Below are positions 9,620 through 18,252 of a DNA stretch of 64,000 bases, in pieces (position 1 is the stretch's first letter; each line of letters starts with the position of its first letter). The notes beneath the pieces are model-generated. The model was given only the letters and a program-made list of their open reading frames with translations, searched no databases and was not told the origin of the DNA. The stretch lies in assembly GCA_905236675.1 (NCBI GenBank), contig CAJOND010000011.1:26102-90101 (forward strand), written 5' to 3'. This stretch comes from Candidatus Rifleibacteriota bacterium (lineage in GTDB: Bacteria; Muiribacteriota; Ozemobacteria; Ozemobacterales; Ozemobacteraceae). The position numbers and the translations under genes were made by a program.

Positions 9620-9780
9620 ACAATACAAAAATACTATATTATTAAGCAAATATAAGTAATTTATTAAATGAGAGTAGATATTGAAATTTTCCAATACTAT
9701 GGTTATCATTATAATAAGCATAAGTAAATTATAGTAAATAGCAGTAAGTTAAAAGCAAGCTGTGATGTTAAGGAGCTTAA

Positions 9781-10278
9781 ATGGAAGACAATAGCAAAGT
9801 TTCTGCAAAAGAAAAAGAATTTGCTGATAGACCAGATTGGGACACATACTTTTTGCGGATAGCAAAACTGGTTGCTCAACGTTCAACCTGCATGAGAAGG
9901 CAGGTTGGAGCAGTTATCGTTAGAGAGAACAGGATACTTGCCACTGGCTATAATGGTGCACCAAATGGAGTTGCCCATTGTTTTCAAAGACCTGAAGGCT
10001 GCTTGAGAGAAGCACAACATATACCATCCGGACAAAGACAAGAATTATGCCGAGGCTTGCATGCAGAACAAAACGCAATATTACAAGCAGCAGCTTTTGG
10101 TGTTTCACTAAAAGATGGTGTAGTATACTGCACTCATCAGCCCTGTGTTACCTGTGGTAAAATGCTGATAAATGCCGGAATAAAACGCATAGTTTTTCTT
10201 GGCGACTATCCTGATGAACTTTCATTAGAGATGTTAAAAGAAGTTAATATGAAGCTTGAAAGGATTAAAATAGATTAA
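9781..10278 (+). CDS. dCMP deaminase (ComEB/cytidine-deoxycytidylate deaminase family)
   Basis: [33 protein letters not shown] zinc ligands. Confidence 0.92.
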   Translation: MEDNSKVSAKEKEFADRPDWDTYFLRIAKLVAQRSTCMRRQVGAVIVRENRILATGYNGAPNGVAHCFQRPEGCLREAQHIPSGQRQELCRGLHAEQNAILQAAAFGVSLKDGVVYCTHQPCVTCGKMLINAGIKRIVFLGDYPDELSLEMLKEVNMKLERIKID

Positions 10279-10281
10279 GTT

Positions 10282-11544
10282 ATGGCTAAAATCCTAATTG
10301 ATGGTGGAAAGCCTCTTTCTGGAACAATAAAGGTTAGCGGTGCAAAAAATGCAGCTTTACCTATAATTGCAGGAGTTATATTAAGCACCAAACCTGTAAG
10401 ACTTACTAATGTTCCTGCTCTCAATGACGTTATTACAATCTCCAAAGTCTTAAATGCTATTGGTATAAAAGTTTCACGTATATCAAATAACAGTTATGAA
10501 TTTGATGCCTCTGGTCAAATTAGCGAAGAAGCTCCTTATGAATTGGTAAAAACAATGAGAGCTAGTTTCTTTGTAATGGGACCTTTACTCGCAAGATTGA
10601 AAAAAGCTAGAGTTCCATTACCAGGTGGCTGCGCTATAGGTGTTCGACCAGTAAACATACATTTAAAAGGATTTGAAGAATTAGGTGCTAAGGTATCAAT
10701 AGAAAGCGGCTGTGCAGTTGCTGTTGCCGACCGTCTTGTTGGAACAAAAATTCATCTTGATTTCCCATCCGTTGGAGCTACAGAAAATTTAATAATGGCG
10801 GCTACTCTTGCTGAAGGAGAAACAATTATAGAAAATGCCGCTCAAGAACCAGAAATAATAGATTTGTCCAATTTCTTAAACGCATTAGGAGCAAAAATAA
10901 AAGGAGCTGGAGGACCAAGCGTTACTATTGAAGGAGTAAAAGAGCTTGGCGGTTGTGAATATCCTGTTATGCCAGACAGAATAGAAGCTGGAACTTTTGC
11001 CGTTCTTGGGGCCATTACAAAAGGTCCAATCAGAGTAGAAAACTGCGATCCGAACCACTTGCTAGCACTAACTGCCAAATTAAGAGAAATGGGAGCCATA
11101 ATAGAAACAGGCAAAGACTATCTTATTGCAAGTGCAAACGGAAGACTAAATGCAACAGAAGTAAAAACGTTGCCATATCCAGGTTTTCCTACAGATATGC
11201 AGGCACAGCTTATGACAGCTATGTGTGTTTCAAAAGGCACTTCATCGGTAACAGAAACAATATTCGAAAATAGATTTATGCATGTTTCTGAACTCTCTCG
11301 TATGGGAGCAAACATAAACATTCATGAACGGACTGCTGTAATCCATGGCGTTGAAAACCTAAACGGCGCTCCTGTAGAAGCTACAGATTTAAGAGCAGGT
11401 GCCGCAATGGTTCTCGCTGGTCTAGTAGCAAAGGGTCATACTGAAATAAGTCAGATTTATCATATCGATAGAGGCTATGAAGACTTAGTTGGTCGAATTA
11501 GCAAACTTGGGGCCGATATAACACGTATTGAAGAATATAAATAA
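10282..11544 (+). CDS. murA: UDP-N-acetylglucosamine 1-carboxyvinyltransferase
   Basis: SGAKNAALP, PGGCAIG.RP, SVGATEN, PGFPTD.Q, DLRAGA, HIDRGYE. Confidence 0.98.
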   Translation: MAKILIDGGKPLSGTIKVSGAKNAALPIIAGVILSTKPVRLTNVPALNDVITISKVLNAIGIKVSRISNNSYEFDASGQISEEAPYELVKTMRASFFVMGPLLARLKKARVPLPGGCAIGVRPVNIHLKGFEELGAKVSIESGCAVAVADRLVGTKIHLDFPSVGATENLIMAATLAEGETIIENAAQEPEIIDLSNFLNALGAKIKGAGGPSVTIEGVKELGGCEYPVMPDRIEAGTFAVLGAITKGPIRVENCDPNHLLALTAKLREMGAIIETGKDYLIASANGRLNATEVKTLPYPGFPTDMQAQLMTAMCVSKGTSSVTETIFENRFMHVSELSRMGANINIHERTAVIHGVENLNGAPVEATDLRAGAAMVLAGLVAKGHTEISQIYHIDRGYEDLVGRISKLGADITRIEEYK

Positions 11545-11566
11545 ATTTATTAATTGAGGAAAGAAA

Positions 11567-13276
11567 ATGGCTGATTCTAAAAAGCGTTTTGAAAAACTTA
11601 TTGATGGTTTGAAAAGTTCGGATAGAGAAGTCAAATTGATGTCTATATCCGCTCTAGGAATTCTTAAAATAAAAAAGCACTCTGAAGAGCTTCACAACTT
11701 GCTTTCGTCGCCCGATAAAGAAATTCTTGCAAACACAATTAAAGCGCTTGGACAAATAGCCAACCCTTCTTCAGTCAAATATCTTATAGAATTCATAAGC
11801 AATACAAACGAAAAACTTTCCAGCGAAGCTTTTGAAAGTCTAAAAAAGATAAATTTGTCATCAGTAGAAGATGTAGTTATTAAGGCTTGCAGTGCTGACC
11901 AACCGGTTCCTTTGCGTAAAAAACTGGTTGAGCTTCTTTCTGATTATAATGACGTCAGAGTTAGCTCTTTAATGAATGAAATTCTTGGTCAGACAAGAGA
12001 TCCTGAACTTCTTACAGGTGCCATCAGCTATTTTATAAAATATCCTTCTTCTGAAAGACATACTTCTTTAAAAATGCTGGCCGGAAACGGCAACTGGAAT
12101 GTATCTCTTGTTGCTAATCTTGCTCTTTCCAGATTAAAAGACGAGGGTGCCTATGCTCAGATTAAAAGATTAGCAAAATCGTCTAATTCTGAAATACGTC
12201 AGACTATTGTTAATGCCATAAATTCTCATCCTCTAATAGAAGATAGAGATATTTATCTCGTTCTGTTTAACGATAACAGGTCTAATATTCGTGAAGCTTC
12301 ATTAGAAGGATTAAGTATGTTTGCTTCTGATGAACGTATAAAATTAATTAAACAGCTTATAAGTGCAGAAAAAGATAAGAAAATACGTATACTTCTAGTT
12401 AAAAAGGCTGCTGCAGAAAAGTCTCCTTTACTTTTTGATGAATTATTCAAGCTTTTACAGTCAACAGATGAAGAAATTCAAAAAGCTAGTATTGAAGCTT
12501 TAGGCGAAATAGGGGAAAAAATAGTAGATAGAATCTTGCTAGATTATGAAAGAATGCCCCTTCTTCTTAAAGAACAGTTATTACTAGTGTTAGGATGTAT
12601 AGGAAGTCCTAAAGCCTCATATCTAGTAAAAGAAGCCCTTTTTGCAAAGGAACGCTGGTTAAGGATAAATGCAATAGAAGCTTCTGTATCAATAAAATCT
12701 CCAGAATTGATAGAATGCGTAAATAATATTATTAAAAACTCTAATACCGATATTTGGGTTATGGCAACCGCTGTTTCTGCATTAGGCAGATTATTAGACA
12801 AAAAATCTACAGATATTCTAGTTCCTCTGCTTAGTAACAAAGACGCAAGAGTAAGAGCAAATACAATCGAAGCATTGTCTTCGCTAAAATGGGAAGGGTT
12901 ACCGGAAGCCTGTTTCCCGATGTTGAAAGATAGAAACGATCGCGTAAGAGTAAATGCTGCAATAGCTTTATGGAAAAGTGGACACTCAGAAGTCTTTGCA
13001 GAACTGGAAAAAATGTCAAGAGACAGAAGCAGATGGGTCAGAGCATCTGCAGTATTTGCACTAGGACAAATAAGTGACCCAGAAGGAACTCCCATACTTA
13101 TAAGAATGTTACACGACAATGAAGATATGGTTTACAGAAATGTTCTAGAAGCTCTAAGCTGGAGTGGAGACCTTAGAGCTTTGATTCCATTACTTAATGA
13201 ATCCAATAGAAGACGTTTAAAACCAGAATTTTATGAAACAATTTTAGATAGATTCGCACAGACAATAAAAGATTAA
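11567..13276 (+). CDS. HEAT-repeat protein
   Basis: Repeated D.RVRANA..AL, WVRASAVFALG HEAT/PBS-lyase-like motifs throughout. Confidence 0.85.
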   Translation: MADSKKRFEKLIDGLKSSDREVKLMSISALGILKIKKHSEELHNLLSSPDKEILANTIKALGQIANPSSVKYLIEFISNTNEKLSSEAFESLKKINLSSVEDVVIKACSADQPVPLRKKLVELLSDYNDVRVSSLMNEILGQTRDPELLTGAISYFIKYPSSERHTSLKMLAGNGNWNVSLVANLALSRLKDEGAYAQIKRLAKSSNSEIRQTIVNAINSHPLIEDRDIYLVLFNDNRSNIREASLEGLSMFASDERIKLIKQLISAEKDKKIRILLVKKAAAEKSPLLFDELFKLLQSTDEEIQKASIEALGEIGEKIVDRILLDYERMPLLLKEQLLLVLGCIGSPKASYLVKEALFAKERWLRINAIEASVSIKSPELIECVNNIIKNSNTDIWVMATAVSALGRLLDKKSTDILVPLLSNKDARVRANTIEALSSLKWEGLPEACFPMLKDRNDRVRVNAAIALWKSGHSEVFAELEKMSRDRSRWVRASAVFALGQISDPEGTPILIRMLHDNEDMVYRNVLEALSWSGDLRALIPLLNESNRRRLKPEFYETILDRFAQTIKD

Positions 13277-13414
13277 AAATCGTAATCTCTCTATCTAACT
13301 AGGGAAAATTTATCTCTTATATTTTGAACTACTTGTTTATTAGGCAATCAAATTAGTTCAAAATGTAGTTGAATAGAAATTTTGCAATTGTTCTATGTAC
13401 CTTATTCTCGTAAA

Positions 13415-13443
13415 TTGACTTAATTATTTTATTGTGCTAATCT
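13415..13443 (+). promoter_or_regulatory. Putative sigma70-type promoter for the PhoH-pilin operon
   Basis: TTGACT-N17-TAATCT with TG preceding the -10 element. Confidence 0.5.
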
Positions 13444-13485
13444 ATTGTGTACGGTTTTATAAATCCAAGTATACAGGAAAGAACA

Positions 13486-14799
13486 ATGAAAAAAACCTTT
13501 GTCATAGATACCAATGTAATTTTGCATAATCATGGTGCAATTTTCTCTTTTCAAGAACATGATGTTGTAGTTCCATTGGGAGTTATAGAAGAGCTGGATC
13601 GATTTAAGGGCGTAAACGATGAACGTGGTCGTGAAGCAAGACAAGCTTCTAGAGATTTAGATAATCTACGAACATTAGGCAATCTTGCTGAAGGTGTAAA
13701 ACTACCTACTGGTGGCACATTGCAGATTATGATAGATTCAGAATACGATATGCCTAGTATTGGCGGATTAGATAATAAAAAAGTTGATAACCGCATTCTT
13801 GCTTGTGCTCTAACATTAAAAAAAGCTGGCAAAAATCCTATTCTTGTAAGTAAAGACATTAATTGCCGTATAAAGGCAGATGCTTTAGGAATTCAAGCAG
13901 AAGACTACGAAACAAATAAAATAGATATAGACGAATTGTATTCTGGCTGGAAAGAATTAATTATGCCAGCAGAACAGATAGAAACTTTTCTTAGAGAAGA
14001 AGGGATTGATTACCCAGAAAACGATCTATTCAAAAATGAATTCCTTTTATTAAAAGCTGCGGAAAACGAAAACAAAACAGCACTTGCAAAATATGATGGA
14101 ATTCAAAAAAGAATTCTCCCTTTATTCCATTTAAATTCAAGACCCTGGGGTGTTGAACCAATGAATCTTCAGCAGAAGTTTGCCATAGAACTTCTGTTAT
14201 GCAATGAAATACAACTTGTTACACTTGTTGGAAGAGCAGGAACTGGCAAGACATTATTAGCCTTAGCCTGTGGTTTGCAGAAAACTATTGACGAACATCT
14301 TTTCAGAAAGTTGCTTGTAAGCCGTCCTATTATGCCTTTGGGTAAAGATATTGGCTATCTGCCAGGTTCTAAAGACGAAAAGCTTAGTCATTGGATGCAG
14401 CCAATATTTGACAATCTGGAATTTGTAATGGACCGTCTCTATAAAAACTCTGATGATGTTGATAAGAAAATACGTTTCCTAATCGAATCTCAAAAGGTTC
14501 AAATTGAAGCTATCACTTATATCAGAGGTAGAAGTATTCCAAAACAATATCTAATTGTTGACGAAGCACAAAACCTTACTCCTCACGAAGTTAAAACTAT
14601 TATCAGCCGAGCTGGTGAAGGTACAAAAGTTGTTTTGACTGGTGACCCATACCAGATCGACAACCCTTATCTTGACAGTTCTTCCAATGGACTTAACTTT
14701 GTAATAGAAAAATTCAAAGACCATAATTTATTTGGACATATTATCCTTAATAAATCTGAACGTTCTTCATTGTCTGCTCTAGCCTCCGAGCTCCTGTAA
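13486..14799 (+). CDS. PIN-PhoH (PhoH2/YlaK-like) RNase-ATPase
   Basis: N-terminal PIN FVIDTNV...DNRIL...SKDIN; GRAGTGKT, IGYLPG, YIRGRS, DEAQN; probable start ATG 13486. Confidence 0.93.
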   Translation: MKKTFVIDTNVILHNHGAIFSFQEHDVVVPLGVIEELDRFKGVNDERGREARQASRDLDNLRTLGNLAEGVKLPTGGTLQIMIDSEYDMPSIGGLDNKKVDNRILACALTLKKAGKNPILVSKDINCRIKADALGIQAEDYETNKIDIDELYSGWKELIMPAEQIETFLREEGIDYPENDLFKNEFLLLKAAENENKTALAKYDGIQKRILPLFHLNSRPWGVEPMNLQQKFAIELLLCNEIQLVTLVGRAGTGKTLLALACGLQKTIDEHLFRKLLVSRPIMPLGKDIGYLPGSKDEKLSHWMQPIFDNLEFVMDRLYKNSDDVDKKIRFLIESQKVQIEAITYIRGRSIPKQYLIVDEAQNLTPHEVKTIISRAGEGTKVVLTGDPYQIDNPYLDSSSNGLNFVIEKFKDHNLFGHIILNKSERSSLSALASELL

Positions 14800-14817
14800 T
14801 ATATAGTCGGAGAAATA

Positions 14818-15732
14818 ATGAAAAAGAAAGCTATCACACTTCTGGAGATAATTATAGCGGTAACAGTTATGGCTATTGCCATGGTTCCTATTTTTGGTAT
14901 GCTTTCTAGACAAACAGTAGAAACAGATAAAAATGCATCTCAGGCTTATGCAATTAACAAAGCTTCTGAAGTATTGAATACCCTTCTTGACAATGTTTCT
15001 TTTGTTGCAATCAGAGAAGGTAATCCTGGTTTCATAAGAGTAGATGATTTGCAAAGTATTGATAAATATAAAGATGAACTCACTCCCTCTTGGGCAAAAC
15101 AATTATCCACACATTTATTTAACAATTCCACAGAAGAATCTAATGGATACCGCTGTAGAGGTATTGTTACCGATTCAAGAGGTGTGAGTTATCTTGTTCA
15201 CCTAAGAGTTGAAGATGTTCCTTCCACTGTCAGACTTAATAAGCCTGAACGTATTCAAATAGGCAAAGATTATACTGGTGATCCATTAGATGCTGAAGAA
15301 CCAATTGAGTTTGTTAATCAAAAAGAAGTTAACTTCACGTTTTTAAAAAATCCATCAATCCTCACTAGTAGTAAATGGCTTCAAGATTTTGCCGAAACTC
15401 CAGACGAAACAGGAAAACCGTTTACAGAACTAGAAATACCTGGTGGAGTAAGTGAACCTAAAGAAATTTTCTATACTGATCAAGCTTTAGGTATGATAAC
15501 CGGAACAAAATATGAATACATGAATCCAACAGCCGAACGTTACACTGCTAAAATGGTTATGAGTAAGGTCCCTTACGAAACGGATGATAGCATGGCATGG
15601 TGTCCGTTTAAAAAACTTATAATACAAGTTCAATGGTGCACTGAACCAAAGTATTATTCTGATCCAGAAAATCCTAAAGGAAACATTCAGCGCATTCATT
15701 TAATTGCGATAAAGGGAGATATAGACTCATGA
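14818..15732 (+). CDS. Type IV pilin-like protein (PilV-like minor pilin)
   Basis: Class III signal variant KKKA|ITLLE followed by a hydrophobic helix. Confidence 0.75.
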   Translation: MKKKAITLLEIIIAVTVMAIAMVPIFGMLSRQTVETDKNASQAYAINKASEVLNTLLDNVSFVAIREGNPGFIRVDDLQSIDKYKDELTPSWAKQLSTHLFNNSTEESNGYRCRGIVTDSRGVSYLVHLRVEDVPSTVRLNKPERIQIGKDYTGDPLDAEEPIEFVNQKEVNFTFLKNPSILTSSKWLQDFAETPDETGKPFTELEIPGGVSEPKEIFYTDQALGMITGTKYEYMNPTAERYTAKMVMSKVPYETDDSMAWCPFKKLIIQVQWCTEPKYYSDPENPKGNIQRIHLIAIKGDIDS

Positions 15733-16607
15733 AACTCACTAATATAAAAAGAGGTTCTGCTCTAGTAATCGCAATATTCTTTGTTTTCTGTATGTTTATA
15801 ATGTTTGGCGCAATGGTTTTCAAACAAACTTCAACTTCTTCTCATAATCAGATAAGTTTGCAGGATAAACAAGCTTTTTTTGCAGCAAAGTCTGCTATGC
15901 AACATTTTTTACTTAAAGCAAAGCTTTTCCCAACAGAACTTTACGATGCCGTTGAAATCTCTCAAGGGAAAAACCCTTTGTTTAACTTCACTGAATTTTC
16001 AAGTATAGATGAAAAAACAGGAAACGAAGTCTTTGAAGAATATTTTGGAAGACCTAATTTATATGTGAAAATAAAAACTCCAGAAAATGCTGCTAGCGAT
16101 TTCTGTAATGGAAAGCCTAGATATTATTATATGAAACTACCTCAAAAAGATGGTTTTATTCGATTAGCTAGCTATAACAACCCCGATTATCGCTTTCTAG
16201 CACCTAATATTGCTCAGGATATTCAAGCAAAAAAATATACAGAACCTAAAGACATAAAAAGTAATAACTGGAACGAATTAAAGTATTTATCCTATTATTA
16301 CAGAGATTGTAAAAATTATTCTGAAAACGGTGTAAATCCACAACCACTGCTCGAAATAAAAAGAGCTGGCAACACTAAAAATATAAATCAGTTTGATATT
16401 GCAGTTGAAGATGGTTATCCTTATTCAATGCGTTACTATGTTTCTGATATAAAAGTTAAAGCTATACAAGGAATGAAAAAATATGGTCAGGAAGCCATAG
16501 AAATAAATGTTATGGGAGAAGTAATTAATTTTAAAAATCAAAAATACGAGCAGCCTATAGTTAGAACCCAGGAAATCACAAGAGATGGTGGTGATACAGA
16601 TGCTTAA
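15729..16607 (+). CDS. PilX-like minor pilin
   Basis: KRG|SALVIAIFF without Glu+5, followed by QAFFAAKSA, typical of PilX/GspK N-termini. Confidence 0.65.
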   Translation: MKLTNIKRGSALVIAIFFVFCMFIMFGAMVFKQTSTSSHNQISLQDKQAFFAAKSAMQHFLLKAKLFPTELYDAVEISQGKNPLFNFTEFSSIDEKTGNEVFEEYFGRPNLYVKIKTPENAASDFCNGKPRYYYMKLPQKDGFIRLASYNNPDYRFLAPNIAQDIQAKKYTEPKDIKSNNWNELKYLSYYYRDCKNYSENGVNPQPLLEIKRAGNTKNINQFDIAVEDGYPYSMRYYVSDIKVKAIQGMKKYGQEAIEINVMGEVINFKNQKYEQPIVRTQEITRDGGDTDA

Positions 16608-17346
16608 AAAGAAGGGTTTTACTCTCGTCGAAGTCATAGTTGCCGCATTTATAACTATTATAGTTTTAATTGGTGTATATAAATTATTTATTGGTGGCAG
16701 TAGAACCGCCGATAAGGGACAATGGATAAACGGACAAGTAGAACAATTACGAAATGCTCTCAATCGCTTAAGTAAAGAAATTGAAACATCTACTTATCCA
16801 ACGACTCTGTTTAAAGACAAAATCTATGATCCTTGCGATAATCCAGATCTTAAAGTCGCCGAAAAATATTATATGAGAGTATTAGAAAAAGATACACCAA
16901 TAAAAGTTCCTGAAAGTGGTGAATTAAAAATAATGGAGTGGTTTGTTTGTAAAGCTGAAAAACCAGGACCAGGTTCTGATTCTGATGGAAAACTAACAAA
17001 AAACCAACTCTATCTTGAATTTAAAAATAAATTATCCTCATCAATAACAGGCAATCTTGTTTTAAAAAGTGAAACATTTAATTATACTACAAACGCAAAT
17101 TCTGGTTATGCAAAATCTGGAAAACTGAATTTAACTTCTATAAATAATAGTAAAAAAACATTGGTTGAAGATGTTGAATGGGTTGAATTTAGCGGTTTAT
17201 TCCCATCCAATAAAAATAATAGAAAAAAACATCTAGACTTTCCTGCAATTTCGGTTAAAATACATACACTATATCCTAAAGATGTAAATGTCTTTAAAGA
17301 AAATTTTATTACAGCCACACCTCAGGTTGCTGTAGATTTATTATAG
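16600..17346 (+). CDS. Type IV pilin-like protein (PilW-like minor pilin)
   Basis: KKKG|FTLVEV class III signal; probable start ATG 16600. Confidence 0.8.
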   Translation: MLKKKGFTLVEVIVAAFITIIVLIGVYKLFIGGSRTADKGQWINGQVEQLRNALNRLSKEIETSTYPTTLFKDKIYDPCDNPDLKVAEKYYMRVLEKDTPIKVPESGELKIMEWFVCKAEKPGPGSDSDGKLTKNQLYLEFKNKLSSSITGNLVLKSETFNYTTNANSGYAKSGKLNLTSINNSKKTLVEDVEWVEFSGLFPSNKNNRKKHLDFPAISVKIHTLYPKDVNVFKENFITATPQVAVDLL

Positions 17347-17361
17347 GTTACTTTTCTAATT

Positions 17362-18120
17362 ATGGCAAAACAATGGCATCAACTTGAAAGACTAGATCAT
17401 AAGGCTTTAAAAAAATTACAAGCCGAAAGAGAGAAAGCGGCTAAATTAGCTGCTCAAAAAGAAAAACAGCAGAAAATAGTAATAGTAGCTGTTCTAGTTG
17501 TTATTGTAATAATTGGTATTATATCTCTTGGAGTAGTATTATCACAAAGAAAAGCAGTTAATGAATTAAATGATGCTAAAGAAAAACTGTTATACTCTTC
17601 TGTCTCAGATTATAATGGTACCGTAGAATATAGAAAATCAGCCGATTGGATCGATTTAGATTCTAATTTAAAATTCAAAGAAGAATGTTATTTTAGAACT
17701 CAAGACGAGTCTTCTGTAACAATTCAACTCCAGGCAGATAATCAGATAAAACTTCACAAATCTTCTGAAGGGAAAGTTAAGCCACCAGTATTAGAAGCTG
17801 AAGAAGCTAGAATAACCAATCAAATAGTTGAGCTGACAAGAGGCGAAATGACTTCTGCAATATCTATTGATGGCAAAGGTTTGCTTAGTATACAAGTTGC
17901 AAATTTAACTGTTGTTGGTCAATCTGGTTTGTTTAAAATAATCTATGATGAAGAAAAAGATAAAGGTGAAATTGTTGTAAAAAATGGTCTGGTTGAAGTT
18001 AGTGTAACTGGTTCTGATGAAAAACCAACAAAACTTTCTGGTTTTTACAAAGCTAACTTCGGAGATGGTGAATTGGGCAAACCTGCTCAAGCTAGTGTTA
18101 TCCAATACGATTGGAAGTAA
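17362..18120 (+). CDS. Single-pass membrane protein with FecR-like beta-rich domain
   Basis: Basic N-terminus, one TM helix, GTVEY..W, RT..ESSV.I, V.NGLVEV pattern of FecR domains. Confidence 0.6.
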   Translation: MAKQWHQLERLDHKALKKLQAEREKAAKLAAQKEKQQKIVIVAVLVVIVIIGIISLGVVLSQRKAVNELNDAKEKLLYSSVSDYNGTVEYRKSADWIDLDSNLKFKEECYFRTQDESSVTIQLQADNQIKLHKSSEGKVKPPVLEAEEARITNQIVELTRGEMTSAISIDGKGLLSIQVANLTVVGQSGLFKIIYDEEKDKGEIVVKNGLVEVSVTGSDEKPTKLSGFYKANFGDGELGKPAQASVIQYDWK

Positions 18121-18149
18121 TCCAAGAAGACACAAGATATAAGTAAAAA

Positions 18150-18235
18150 AATAGAAGATTGAAGATTAGAATTAGATGGAAGATTATAAAATCTTTTATT
18201 TCAATTTATGGTCTTTAATCTTTTATATTTTTAAT
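18150..18235. repeat. Degenerate heptamer repeat / inverted array
   Basis: tagaaga ttgaaga ttagaat tagatgg aagatta followed by a complementary pyrimidine-rich stretch. Confidence 0.45.
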
Positions 18236-18252
18236 AACGATAAAAATAAAAA

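Noticed and set aside
18121-18252. LexA/SOS box upstream of uvrA
   Set aside because: No match to GAAC-N4-GTTC or CTGT-N8-ACAG; the region is occupied by a degenerate heptamer array.
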